Of a stretch of DNA of 64,000 bases, positions 35,718-43,936 are shown piece after piece (the stretch's first letter is position 1; each line of letters starts with the position of its first letter). Source of the stretch: Myxococcota bacterium (GTDB taxonomy: Bacteria; Myxococcota_A; Polyangia; Polyangiales; Houyiibacteriaceae). The translations under genes were made by a program, and so were the position numbers. Where the stretch lies: positions 1,946-65,945 of the forward strand of contig JANQQS010000005.1 in assembly GCA_028284955.1 (NCBI GenBank), in the 5' to 3' direction. The notes beneath the pieces are model-generated. The model ran no database searches. It saw only the letters and a list, made by a program, of their open reading frames with translations, and was not told where the DNA came from.

Positions 35718-36022
35718 CACGGAGTGAGGTCTCCGCTGCGTTCGGTTGGAACGAGGAGCGTCACCATCGAGTTGCCGTGGTGCACTACGTTTTGGCTAGC
35801 CTGTGCAAGCGATCGCCAAGAAAGATCAACGAGATCGTCAACGGTACGCGAGGCGTCTCGCTGGAGTTTGCGTTGGTGCTTGAGCGAATGCTTGGAACGA
35901 CGGCAGAGATGTGGGTACGGATGAAGGTGGAGTACGACCCGTGGGCTGCGCGACAGAAAGCGGCGCAGCGCGCCGGGATTTCTCTCAAACGCGCAAGCCG
36001 CAACGCCGCGGAGGTTGGGTAA
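35687..36022 (+). CDS. HigA/XRE-like antitoxin-related ORF with atypical (possibly decayed) N-terminus
   Basis: LASLCKRSPRKINEIVNGTRGVSLEFALVLERMLGTTAEMWVRMKVEYDPWAA matches the HigA C-terminal two-thirds. The expected HPGE...L N-terminal helix is not recognisable, and no higB-like toxin gene is adjacent. Confidence 0.4.
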   Translation: MGGERSQRLLTRSEVSAAFGWNEERHHRVAVVHYVLASLCKRSPRKINEIVNGTRGVSLEFALVLERMLGTTAEMWVRMKVEYDPWAARQKAAQRAGISLKRASRNAAEVG

Positions 36023-36068
36023 ATTTCTTTCCCCGTCCCCGATCTTTCAGTGACAACTACAGTTAGAC

Positions 36069-36396
36069 TAGGAGCAGTGCGTGCTTGCGTTGATCGAGAA
36101 TCTCGCAGAATGAAGACATCCCGCGAACTCTCCGGCAACCATGTCACGTGCCTCCTGGCAGGGGAGTTTGGGTGAATCGACGGGATCGTATCCCGGCGAG
36201 AGGGTCTGGGTGCCAGACCCTCAGGTAGACTGACCACTGCTCTAGAGCAAAGCCTGCTTGTGTTGATCGAACTCTCTCAGCAGGAAGATATTCCGCGAAC
36301 TCCCCGGCAACCAGGTTACGTGCCTCCTGGCGGGGGAGTTTGGGTGAATCGACGGGATCGTACCCCGACGAGAGGGTCTGGGTGCCAGACCCTCAG
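36069..36396 (-). repeat. Tandem direct repeat, two units of ~172-173 bp, each ending (minus orientation: beginning) with a double-hairpin + TTCACCC element
   Basis: GTTGATCGA at 36089 and 36262; CCAGACCCTCAG at 36213 and 36385. Embedded minus-strand elements: GAGGGTCTGG-loop-CCAGACCCTC, CGGGAT-ACG-ATCCCG, GATTCACCCAAAC. Confidence 0.85.
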
Positions 36397-37340
36397 ATAA
36401 AACGGCGCGGACGCCGCCGTACTCTGGCGACCACGGTGCCGAGTAGTGCGAGCCAGGCGAGTAGGGGGGCTTCGGAGCGGCGTCCCGGGGAGACGGAGCA
36501 GTCACTGCTGACGCTTCCCGAGGCCTCTGCGGAGCAGCTTCCTCCGCCACACGCGGCGCTGCTGCTGGCATCGACCTCGACGTTGAGGCGCGCGTTGAGC
36601 GCACGAATACAGTCTTCAAGATTGTTGTCGTGGTCAATGTATTGGCTGTCGCAAAACAAAGCGCCTTCCGGAGTTTGGCATTCCGCCATGCATCCGCCGA
36701 CACACTCCGCAGTGAGCCCGGCCTGGCAATCGATCTGGCAGTCGAAGTTTGCGTCGGCGCGACACCGGCCCTCCACCGTCGCTTCGCAGCGGGCTTCACA
36801 GCTCGCTTCGGGCGGTTCTACGTCGCAGCGCGCGCTGCACTCTCCCGAACACGTCGCATTGCACGATGCCTGACATTCCCCCATGCATGACGCTTGGTCA
36901 GAGTTCGCTTCGCAGCGCGCCTCGCAGCTCGCTCCGCAATCCACCTCGCAGCCCGCGGAGCAGCTCGCAGAGCAATCGAACCGTCCCGGATCGACTTCGC
37001 ATTGGGCCATGCACTCCGCCACATCAATGCGCGCCTCGCATTCTGCAGATACGCTCGCCTGACAGCCTCCCTGACAATCTGCAAAGGCCGTCACCGAGCA
37101 GTTAATCGGTGTGCACTGGGCCTCGCATCCACCTTCAACCGACACCTGGCACATGGCGCTTGCCTGAACGTTGATGTTTCCGCACGCGGCAAGCCCCGTT
37201 TCTTGCGCTGCGGCCACATCGGGCAACAAAGCCGCTCCCGTGCCCAAGACGAGCATCGAACAAACCCACGCCTTTTTGGACATCCATCGCGAAGAAAAAG
37301 CAGATTTTGAGAAGGTGGATAAAGCTCGGCTCGCTTGCAT
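36393..37340 (-). CDS. Cysteine-rich (CxxxC-periodic) secreted protein with MYXO-CTERM-like sorting tail
   Basis: About 50 Cys in runs such as CSAGCEVDCGASCEARCEANSDQASCMGECQASCNATCSGECSARC. C-terminus DCSVSPG..APLLAWLALLGTVVARVRRRPRR. ATG at 37340 has AGGAG 6 nt upstream; an internal ATG at 37283 is possible. Confidence 0.7.
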   Translation of the reverse strand: MQASRALSTFSKSAFSSRWMSKKAWVCSMLVLGTGAALLPDVAAAQETGLAACGNINVQASAMCQVSVEGGCEAQCTPINCSVTAFADCQGGCQASVSAECEARIDVAECMAQCEVDPGRFDCSASCSAGCEVDCGASCEARCEANSDQASCMGECQASCNATCSGECSARCDVEPPEASCEARCEATVEGRCRADANFDCQIDCQAGLTAECVGGCMAECQTPEGALFCDSQYIDHDNNLEDCIRALNARLNVEVDASSSAACGGGSCSAEASGSVSSDCSVSPGRRSEAPLLAWLALLGTVVARVRRRPRRFI

Positions 37341-37441
37341 ATGTCACTCCTAGTTTGTGTGCCCGACGATTCATCTACCCGGTGATTTGTGTATCCAGCG
37401 ATTTGTGTACCGAGCCACTCGTCGACGCGGCCGGGCCAGTC

Positions 37442-38449
37442 TTAAGCACCAACGGTTCCGTTGTTCAAATAACCCTGCTCGCGAAAGTAGTCGAGCGCAT
37501 CTCCCAGCGTGTCGTCGATCGAACGGTACGTCACGCCCAACTCTTTGCGACTTTTTGTATTGTCGAAATACGAAGGTCGAAGACCGTATTCGAAGAAGCT
37601 CTTAGGTATCTGCGGAGGTCGCTGACGCTTTTCTGCCACCACGTTCATCGCGGTGACCATGCTGCGGGCCACCGGAACCGGAAGCTTAGCGAGCACGCGC
37701 TTGCGTTTTGCAGCTCGGTTGATCGACATGAGCAGTTCCTTGTTCGACAAGTTGTGCCCGGTCGCTAAGTAACGCTCGCCGGCCCGCCCGCGTTCCGCGG
37801 CCTTGACGTGCACATTCGCGGCATCTCGCACATCCACGTAGGCCGCGCCTCCATCCATATAGAAAGGCAACCCGCCGCGAACCGTTTCGATCACGAGCTG
37901 GCCCGAAGGCGTCGGCGCCACGTCACCGGGCCCCAGCACCATGCCCGGGCATACGATGCGGACGTCGAGCCCCCAGGCGGCAAAATCTTCGGCAATGACC
38001 CGGCTATGATATTTCGAACGGCTGTAGGCAAAATCGATATCCCATGCGTCGTAGCGGGTGTCTTCATTGCCAATGGTGCCCGCGGGCGGCCTTCCGAGAG
38101 CCACCATGCTCGCGGTGTATACGACTTTCCCCACGCCAGCACGACGACACGCTTCCAGCATATTGAATGTGCCGCGGTGGTTGACCTCGTACATCGGCGT
38201 AGGGTCTGGCATGTGCGACTGATAGACCGCAGCGGCATGGAACACGGCATCCACATCGCGCGTCACCCGCTGGCAATCCGCGATCGACAGCACGTTCCCT
38301 CGCTCGAGCTCTACGTCCAACCCATCGAGATTTTGAATCGGCTCACCGGGGAGCGCGAGCACGCGAACAGTCACTCCCTGTTCAAGCAACTGACGCACGA
38401 TCGCGCTGCCCAAAAAGCCGCATCCACCGGTTACCAGGACGTGTTTCAT
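37442..38449 (-). CDS. NAD-dependent epimerase/dehydratase (SDR, dihydroflavonol-reductase / HpnA-like)
   Basis: VLVTGGCGFLGSAIVRQL Rossmann motif and YSRSK catalytic motif. Confidence 0.85.
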   Translation of the reverse strand: MKHVLVTGGCGFLGSAIVRQLLEQGVTVRVLALPGEPIQNLDGLDVELERGNVLSIADCQRVTRDVDAVFHAAAVYQSHMPDPTPMYEVNHRGTFNMLEACRRAGVGKVVYTASMVALGRPPAGTIGNEDTRYDAWDIDFAYSRSKYHSRVIAEDFAAWGLDVRIVCPGMVLGPGDVAPTPSGQLVIETVRGGLPFYMDGGAAYVDVRDAANVHVKAAERGRAGERYLATGHNLSNKELLMSINRAAKRKRVLAKLPVPVARSMVTAMNVVAEKRQRPPQIPKSFFEYGLRPSYFDNTKSRKELGVTYRSIDDTLGDALDYFREQGYLNNGTVGA

Positions 38450-38543
38450 GAGCGACGTGTACCACGCGCCGGTCGTGTTGCGCCAACCTTCCCGTCGCCC
38501 CTTCGCGCACCTGTCGCTTCAGCGATATGATGATGTCCATCCC

Positions 38544-39128
38544 ATGCAGACGACCGATCTGGCCACTGTCCGACGCGCGCTCGGGACTTCCGATCCCCTC
38601 CCACGAAACCCGCTCTCACCCGACCGCGCAGCGGTAGCAGGCATTTTCCATCATACCCGTGGTGCCGGAACACTGGAGATTTTGCTTATCCGGCGCGCCG
38701 AGCGCAAAGGGGATCCTTGGTCCGGGCACATGGCATTTCCCGGCGGCCGATGGACCCCTGGCGATGGAGACCTTCTCGCTACCGCTCGGCGCGAAACTTG
38801 GGAGGAGGTCGGCATCGCGCTCGAACAAGCCGAGCTCCTTGGACACGTCGCCGACGTTCGGGCGCATCTTGTGGGTACGGTCGTGCGCCCATTCTTCTTC
38901 GCAGTCCCTGAGCTGCCCTCATTGAACCTCAACCACGAAGTCGCGGAAACTATCTGGACACCGCTCGACGAGCTGCGCGCGGGAGCGCGCGATGTCCGCA
39001 TGCCCTATCCACCGCACGCACCCAATGTCCGACTGCCTGCCTACGACGTGGAAGGACACTTCGTATGGGGCCTCACCTACAAGATGCTGCAGGCGCTCTT
39101 TGCGGCACTCGACTCCGTCGAGGATTGA
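38544..39128 (+). CDS. NUDIX hydrolase (CoA-pyrophosphatase-like)
   Basis: Nudix box GHMAFPGGRWTPGDGDLLATARRETWEEVGI. ATG at 38544 chosen; the ORF-track start at 38448 would overlap the divergent gene. Confidence 0.8.
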   Translation: MQTTDLATVRRALGTSDPLPRNPLSPDRAAVAGIFHHTRGAGTLEILLIRRAERKGDPWSGHMAFPGGRWTPGDGDLLATARRETWEEVGIALEQAELLGHVADVRAHLVGTVVRPFFFAVPELPSLNLNHEVAETIWTPLDELRAGARDVRMPYPPHAPNVRLPAYDVEGHFVWGLTYKMLQALFAALDSVED

Positions 39129-39144
39129 TGGAACAACTGGGCCC

Positions 39145-39447
39145 ATGCCCGAGGCTGACCTGACCCGTATGGTTCATTGCATCAAGCTCAACAAAGAGCT
39201 TCCGGGGCTCACCCGCGCCCCGTTCCCCACCGAGTTTGGGACCTTTATCTACGAAAAGGTGTCCAAGGAAGCATGGGATATGTGGCTCGCAGAAAGCGTG
39301 CGCTACATCAACACGTATCGAGTCGACCTGTCGAGCAAAGACGGCACTGAATTCATGCTCCGACAGCTAAAAATCTGGTTGGGACTTGAGGACGGCGAGA
39401 TGGCCCAAACAGCCTGGGTCCCCGACACCTCGCCCGATTCCGAATGA
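39145..39447 (+). CDS. yggX: Fe(2+)-trafficking / oxidative-damage protection protein YggX
   Basis: VHCIKLNKELPGLTRAPFPTEFGTFIYEKVSKEAWDMWL parallels E. coli YggX ([38 protein letters not shown]). Confidence 0.8.
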   Translation: MPEADLTRMVHCIKLNKELPGLTRAPFPTEFGTFIYEKVSKEAWDMWLAESVRYINTYRVDLSSKDGTEFMLRQLKIWLGLEDGEMAQTAWVPDTSPDSE

Positions 39448-39573
39448 CGCCTCGGTAGTTTTTCGCGCCAAGCTACGCTAAAAATCAATAAATCTCCCGA
39501 CAACGCTCGTCTTTCTCGACGCCAGTGCCCGATGTGTGCGGAAATAGGGTGGGAATAGGGTGATTGTTCAGCC

Positions 39574-41133
39574 GTGACCCGGAAACCACGCACAAGTTCG
39601 TCACGCGCGCTGGCTGCACTGGCCGCGACGACCCTGGCCGTATCGGCTCCGGCGGGATTGACGCTCGCCGCACTCACGCTGACGAGCTGCGACGGCTGTG
39701 GTTCAACGGCGATCGCGCAGCTATCCAGGCACCGTGGGCCGGTCCAGCGCGATCTCGCGGAGCAGGTCGGCCATTGGCAGAAAGCCAAGCCTGGCGCCGA
39801 GTTTCGACTGGGCGACGGCTTTCGCACCACCGAAACCGCGCAAGCATGGCTTACGTTCTCCGCGGGAGGCGGAATTCGCGTTGCGCCCGCGACTACGATT
39901 CGGTTTTCGCAGACGCGGCCTGATTCCCGCGGTATCGGCATCGACGTGCTCGCCGGAACGGCCGAAATCGAGGCCAAAAACGCCATTCTCCTCGACACGC
40001 GGATTGGCCTCGCCCGGCTCGAAGATGGGGGACGGATACGGCTCAGCGCTTCAGAGGAGGAAGGCAGCCGCATCGATATCCTGGTGGGCCAAGCGCGCCT
40101 CGAAACTCGCGACGGGGTGCTGACGTTGAATGAGAATGACGGCGTGTTCATCAAGGTCGGGAGCGCCACCATCGAACGCGTGGGCGGCAAAGACGTAGCC
40201 CCGCCGAAAGAAGAAACTGGCGAGACCATTACAGAAACCGCAGTTGAGGAAAAAATCGACGCAGGCGCCCCCGAAACCGACGACTCAACGGTTCAACCAT
40301 CGCCCGCGCGGGTCGATTTCGCTATGAACGGCGGCGAATCGATCACCGTGCACGATTCTCGTGCGCCGACGAATATCGGCGTCCGCACCAGCGAATGCCC
40401 GGGCGAGGTCATGCTCCAGCTGGCCCGTGGTCGATCCTTTCGTCGACCGAAAGCGACGTTCCGGGGCCGAGGTCGTATCGACATTACGGTGACCCCGGGT
40501 ACGCATCGCTACCGAATCGTGTGCGCAGACGACGACGCGAAAGCAGTCTCCTCGGGAACGATCCGAGTACGCCGCGACTCGGGCCGCGCTCCCCTTCCCA
40601 GAGGAGCTCCGCGAACCACCGTAGACGCAGACGGTAGGCGATATACCGTGCTCTACCAAAATCGCCTGCCTACCATCACCATGCGTTGGACGAATGCTCC
40701 CCCAGGCCCCTACTCTCTAAGAGTGAACACCCGCGGCCGTCAACGTACCGAACAGCTCACCACCGCGCGACATCAGTTTGCGTCCGGCGAAATCCTCGAA
40801 GGAACGACGCGCTACAAGTTTGAAACCGCAAATGGCCTGAGCTCTCCCGACAGCGTGCTCCAAATCTCGTTCGACAACGCCGCACAGGCCGCATCGTTAC
40901 GCACACCCGCCGACGGCGTTGCCGCGGCCGGGGAAAAAGTTCAGGTCGGAGGGACCGTACAGCGCGGCTCTTCTGTTCAGGTCAACGGAAAAAAGGCAAC
41001 TCTGGATCGGCAACATCGATTCAAAGCAGAAATCGTCGCGCCTTCCGACACCGATGCGATCAGCATTCGGGTAGTCCAACCCAACGGCGGCGTGCACTAC
41101 TATCTTCGGCACGTCCGTGGTGCGGGGCAGTGA
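39574..41133 (+). CDS. FecR-domain lipoprotein
   Basis: Lipobox LTLTSCDGC. The FecR-like segment GDGFRTTETAQAWLTFSAGGGIRVAPATTIRF is followed by beta-rich repeats. GTG start. Confidence 0.6.
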   Translation: MTRKPRTSSSRALAALAATTLAVSAPAGLTLAALTLTSCDGCGSTAIAQLSRHRGPVQRDLAEQVGHWQKAKPGAEFRLGDGFRTTETAQAWLTFSAGGGIRVAPATTIRFSQTRPDSRGIGIDVLAGTAEIEAKNAILLDTRIGLARLEDGGRIRLSASEEEGSRIDILVGQARLETRDGVLTLNENDGVFIKVGSATIERVGGKDVAPPKEETGETITETAVEEKIDAGAPETDDSTVQPSPARVDFAMNGGESITVHDSRAPTNIGVRTSECPGEVMLQLARGRSFRRPKATFRGRGRIDITVTPGTHRYRIVCADDDAKAVSSGTIRVRRDSGRAPLPRGAPRTTVDADGRRYTVLYQNRLPTITMRWTNAPPGPYSLRVNTRGRQRTEQLTTARHQFASGEILEGTTRYKFETANGLSSPDSVLQISFDNAAQAASLRTPADGVAAAGEKVQVGGTVQRGSSVQVNGKKATLDRQHRFKAEIVAPSDTDAISIRVVQPNGGVHYYLRHVRGAGQ

Positions 41134-42797
41134 GCGCAGACGGACTCGACATCGGGTCGGTGCTCCTCGGGCGCTATCAGATTGTCCACCCCCTCGCCAA
41201 AGGGGGGCAAGGGGAAGTCTATCTGGCGAGAAACGAAGGCGCGGCCGGGTTCATCAAGCCAGTGGTAGTCAAGCGAACGCTGCCTCATCTCGCAACCGAC
41301 GCCGAACAGAAGCGCATGATGGCCCGCGAGGCACGTATTCTATCGAGCTTGCGCCACCCCGGCATCGTCAACATCATCGATTTCGCAGAAGACGTCGACG
41401 GGGCCTACATCACGATTCTCGACTATGTGCACGGCTACCACCTCGGAAAGTGGTATCGCTACGTCCGCAAAACCCAAGGCCCATTCTCGCAAGAAATCGC
41501 GCTGCACATCATGCTCGAAACTCTTGCCGCTTTGCACTACGCGCACACCCACCGCGGACCCGGCGGCCAGCCGCAGAATATCGTGCACCGCGATGTCACG
41601 CCGGCCAACGTGCTCATCGACGTCGACGGACACGTCAAACTTGCCGACTTTGGAATCGCACGCACCAGCGTCGACATGACCGATGTGACCAGCGAAGGTT
41701 TGGTCAAAGGGAATTTTCCGTACGTCGCGCCCGAACTCTTCGCGAGCGCGCAGCCGACGCCAGCGTGCGATATCTACTCTTCAGGAATCGTTCTCTACGA
41801 AGTACTCAGCGGCAACAACCCGATGCGAGGTCAAGACCTGCGTGAGACCGTAGCCAAAGCTCTCTCGACGACACCGCCCCCTCTCGACGCCATCCGGCCC
41901 GATATCTCGAGCGCGCTCGCGTCGGTGGTGCAGCGCGCGATATCCAAAGATCCGGCAGACCGGTTCCCAACCGCCAGCGCCTTCGCCGAAGCGCTCCGAA
42001 CGACTCGACAAGCATCCGAGGAGCGCGCCGCGTGGATGCTCGCCACGCAGGCTTCGACCGACTTTCGTAGCCCTGAGATGTCCCAGATCATGAATGTGAC
42101 CCCGCTTCATGAACTGGAACGCCTCTGGAACGAGCGGGACACCGAAAAAGCCGTCTCGCTCAGCGACCCGCCACCTACCGCCACCGTCGAGATACTCGGC
42201 GAAACGCAACCAAGCGCATCAAAACCCCCGACGCTGTCTCGCGTGCGCAACGTGACTGTGATTGTCTTCCTGCTCGCGCTGATGGGCGCCGGAGGTTTTT
42301 TTGCGTGGCGCTATGCGAGCGAAAACCCACCCGCGCCGCGCCAAGAAGACCCTCCATTCGTCGTGGTTTCGGCGAACGAGCGCGCAGACGAACCGACGAC
42401 TCCCATCGAAAACGTCCCCGACGCAAACCCGCCCGAAGCAGACGCGGCACCGACCGCGGTCAAGACGAAGACCAAACAACCTATCAAGCGACGAAATCCA
42501 CCCGTGAAACGGCAAGTAAACCGCGCGGTGTTGCTCACTCGTTTGTTCGCGAAGCAACAACGTCGCATCACGGCCTGCTTCCAAAAGCATCCGATTCGCC
42601 AGGCTCTACCGAGAGTTTCGGTTCGCATCACCATCAACACCGCGGGGGTGGTTCAACGGGCTGAGGTGCTGCCCCCTGCAGTAGGCTCCACTCCACTCGG
42701 ATCGTGCATCGCGAAAGTGGCGCAAACGACATCTTTTGGACCGCAGCCAGACGTCACTACGTTTCGAATTCCAATCACCACTCGCGTATCCCAATAG
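41130..42797 (+). CDS. Ser/Thr protein kinase with TM segment and C-terminal TonB-C/AgmX-like domain
   Basis: GGQGEVYLA...VVVKR, HRDVTPANVLI, DFGIAR and APE motifs. TM VTVIVFLLALMGAGGFFAW. C-terminus VSVRITINTAGVVQRAEV. GTGA start/stop overlap with the FecR gene. Confidence 0.9.
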   Translation: MSADGLDIGSVLLGRYQIVHPLAKGGQGEVYLARNEGAAGFIKPVVVKRTLPHLATDAEQKRMMAREARILSSLRHPGIVNIIDFAEDVDGAYITILDYVHGYHLGKWYRYVRKTQGPFSQEIALHIMLETLAALHYAHTHRGPGGQPQNIVHRDVTPANVLIDVDGHVKLADFGIARTSVDMTDVTSEGLVKGNFPYVAPELFASAQPTPACDIYSSGIVLYEVLSGNNPMRGQDLRETVAKALSTTPPPLDAIRPDISSALASVVQRAISKDPADRFPTASAFAEALRTTRQASEERAAWMLATQASTDFRSPEMSQIMNVTPLHELERLWNERDTEKAVSLSDPPPTATVEILGETQPSASKPPTLSRVRNVTVIVFLLALMGAGGFFAWRYASENPPAPRQEDPPFVVVSANERADEPTTPIENVPDANPPEADAAPTAVKTKTKQPIKRRNPPVKRQVNRAVLLTRLFAKQQRRITACFQKHPIRQALPRVSVRITINTAGVVQRAEVLPPAVGSTPLGSCIAKVAQTTSFGPQPDVTTFRIPITTRVSQ

Positions 42798-42904
42798 GTT
42801 CATCGCTGACTACGTCGCAGATGTAAGCGCGCTTACGACATGTCGATAATTCGACGCCTGAGTCAACGGGTGACCACTTCGATTTCGATGCGTACACTCT
42901 AAGG

Positions 42905-43936
42905 GTGGCTGGTTCGCCATCCCCACCGCGAAAACCGATCTCGACCGCTGCGCTCGTGGCAAGCGTGGTCGCGGCACTGGCGGCCAGTGAACTCCCGATT
43001 CGGCTCAACGCGCGCGCAGATATGGGAAGCCCCCCTGGCCTGTCGACGCACCTCTCATGGAGAACAGGAGACGAAGCACTGACCGGGCGCACATGGATGC
43101 AAGCTCAACAGCGCGCGGTGGACCACGCGATCGTGGTTTCGATAGATGGGCTGCGTCCCGACGCGATCAAGCGCTGGGCCGGCATGCTCGACCAGATGGG
43201 TCAAGAAGGTGTCCGGGCTGTGTTTGCAGAAACGCTTGCTCGCTCTCTGACGCTTCCTTCTCATGCCTCAATGCTAACGGGGGTCGGCACGAAACGACAC
43301 GGCATGCGGTTCAACTCGCATCGCCCTGGCCGCGGCCAGGTTCAGTTCCCGACGATCCTCAGAGTTGCGCGCGCCGCCCGCCTCCACGCGGCAGCGTTTG
43401 TGGGAAAGCGAAAACTCAACCACCTCGTGCATCGGGACGGCACACGTTTCACCGTGGGCGGTCCGTTTTGCACTCAGGTTAACCGCTATCTGCTGCCTTA
43501 CCTTTCGCGACCGCGACGCGGCGTGACGTTCGTACACTACGCCGACCCCGATGGCGCGGGGCATCGCGATGGGTGGATGACTTCAGGCTACGAACGGGCG
43601 GTGAAGCGAGTCGACCGCTGCCTCAGCCAAGTCATCGAAGCGGTAAGCGCGCCGGGGCGAGAGCGCACTCTCTTTCTTGTGACCTCTGACCACGGGGGGC
43701 ATGACCGCACGCATGGTTCGGCGCGCACCGAAGACGTACGTATCCCGTGGATCGTATGGGCGCGCGGCACCCTCCCACTCGAAATCCATCGACCGGTTCA
43801 TACCACCGATACCGCCCCCACAATACTCCGTGCGCTCGGGCTCCCGCTTCCTCACGATGTCGAAGGGCAGATGGTCCCCGAGGCAGTGCTGAAGCGCCTC
43901 CCGCGTCAACTCGTGAGCACGCTCCGCCCTCTTTGA
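42905..43936 (+). CDS. Alkaline-phosphatase-superfamily nucleotide pyrophosphatase/phosphodiesterase (NPP-like)
   Basis: VVSIDGLRPD, TLPSHASMLTG (nucleophile region), YADPDGAGH and TSDHGGHD metal-site motifs. GTG start with signal-like N-terminus. Confidence 0.8.
   Translation: MAGSPSPPRKPISTAALVASVVAALAASELPIRLNARADMGSPPGLSTHLSWRTGDEALTGRTWMQAQQRAVDHAIVVSIDGLRPDAIKRWAGMLDQMGQEGVRAVFAETLARSLTLPSHASMLTGVGTKRHGMRFNSHRPGRGQVQFPTILRVARAARLHAAAFVGKRKLNHLVHRDGTRFTVGGPFCTQVNRYLLPYLSRPRRGVTFVHYADPDGAGHRDGWMTSGYERAVKRVDRCLSQVIEAVSAPGRERTLFLVTSDHGGHDRTHGSARTEDVRIPWIVWARGTLPLEIHRPVHTTDTAPTILRALGLPLPHDVEGQMVPEAVLKRLPRQLVSTLRPL

Noticed and set aside
35785-36799. Minus-strand ORFs 35785-36237 and 36242-36799, and the + strand ORF 36340-36873.
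   Set aside because: They run through the 172-bp tandem repeat and antisense to the higA-like and Cys-rich genes. The shared peptide ...HVTWLP.SSR..F.LR... is a consequence of the DNA duplication, and the frames diverge by indels.
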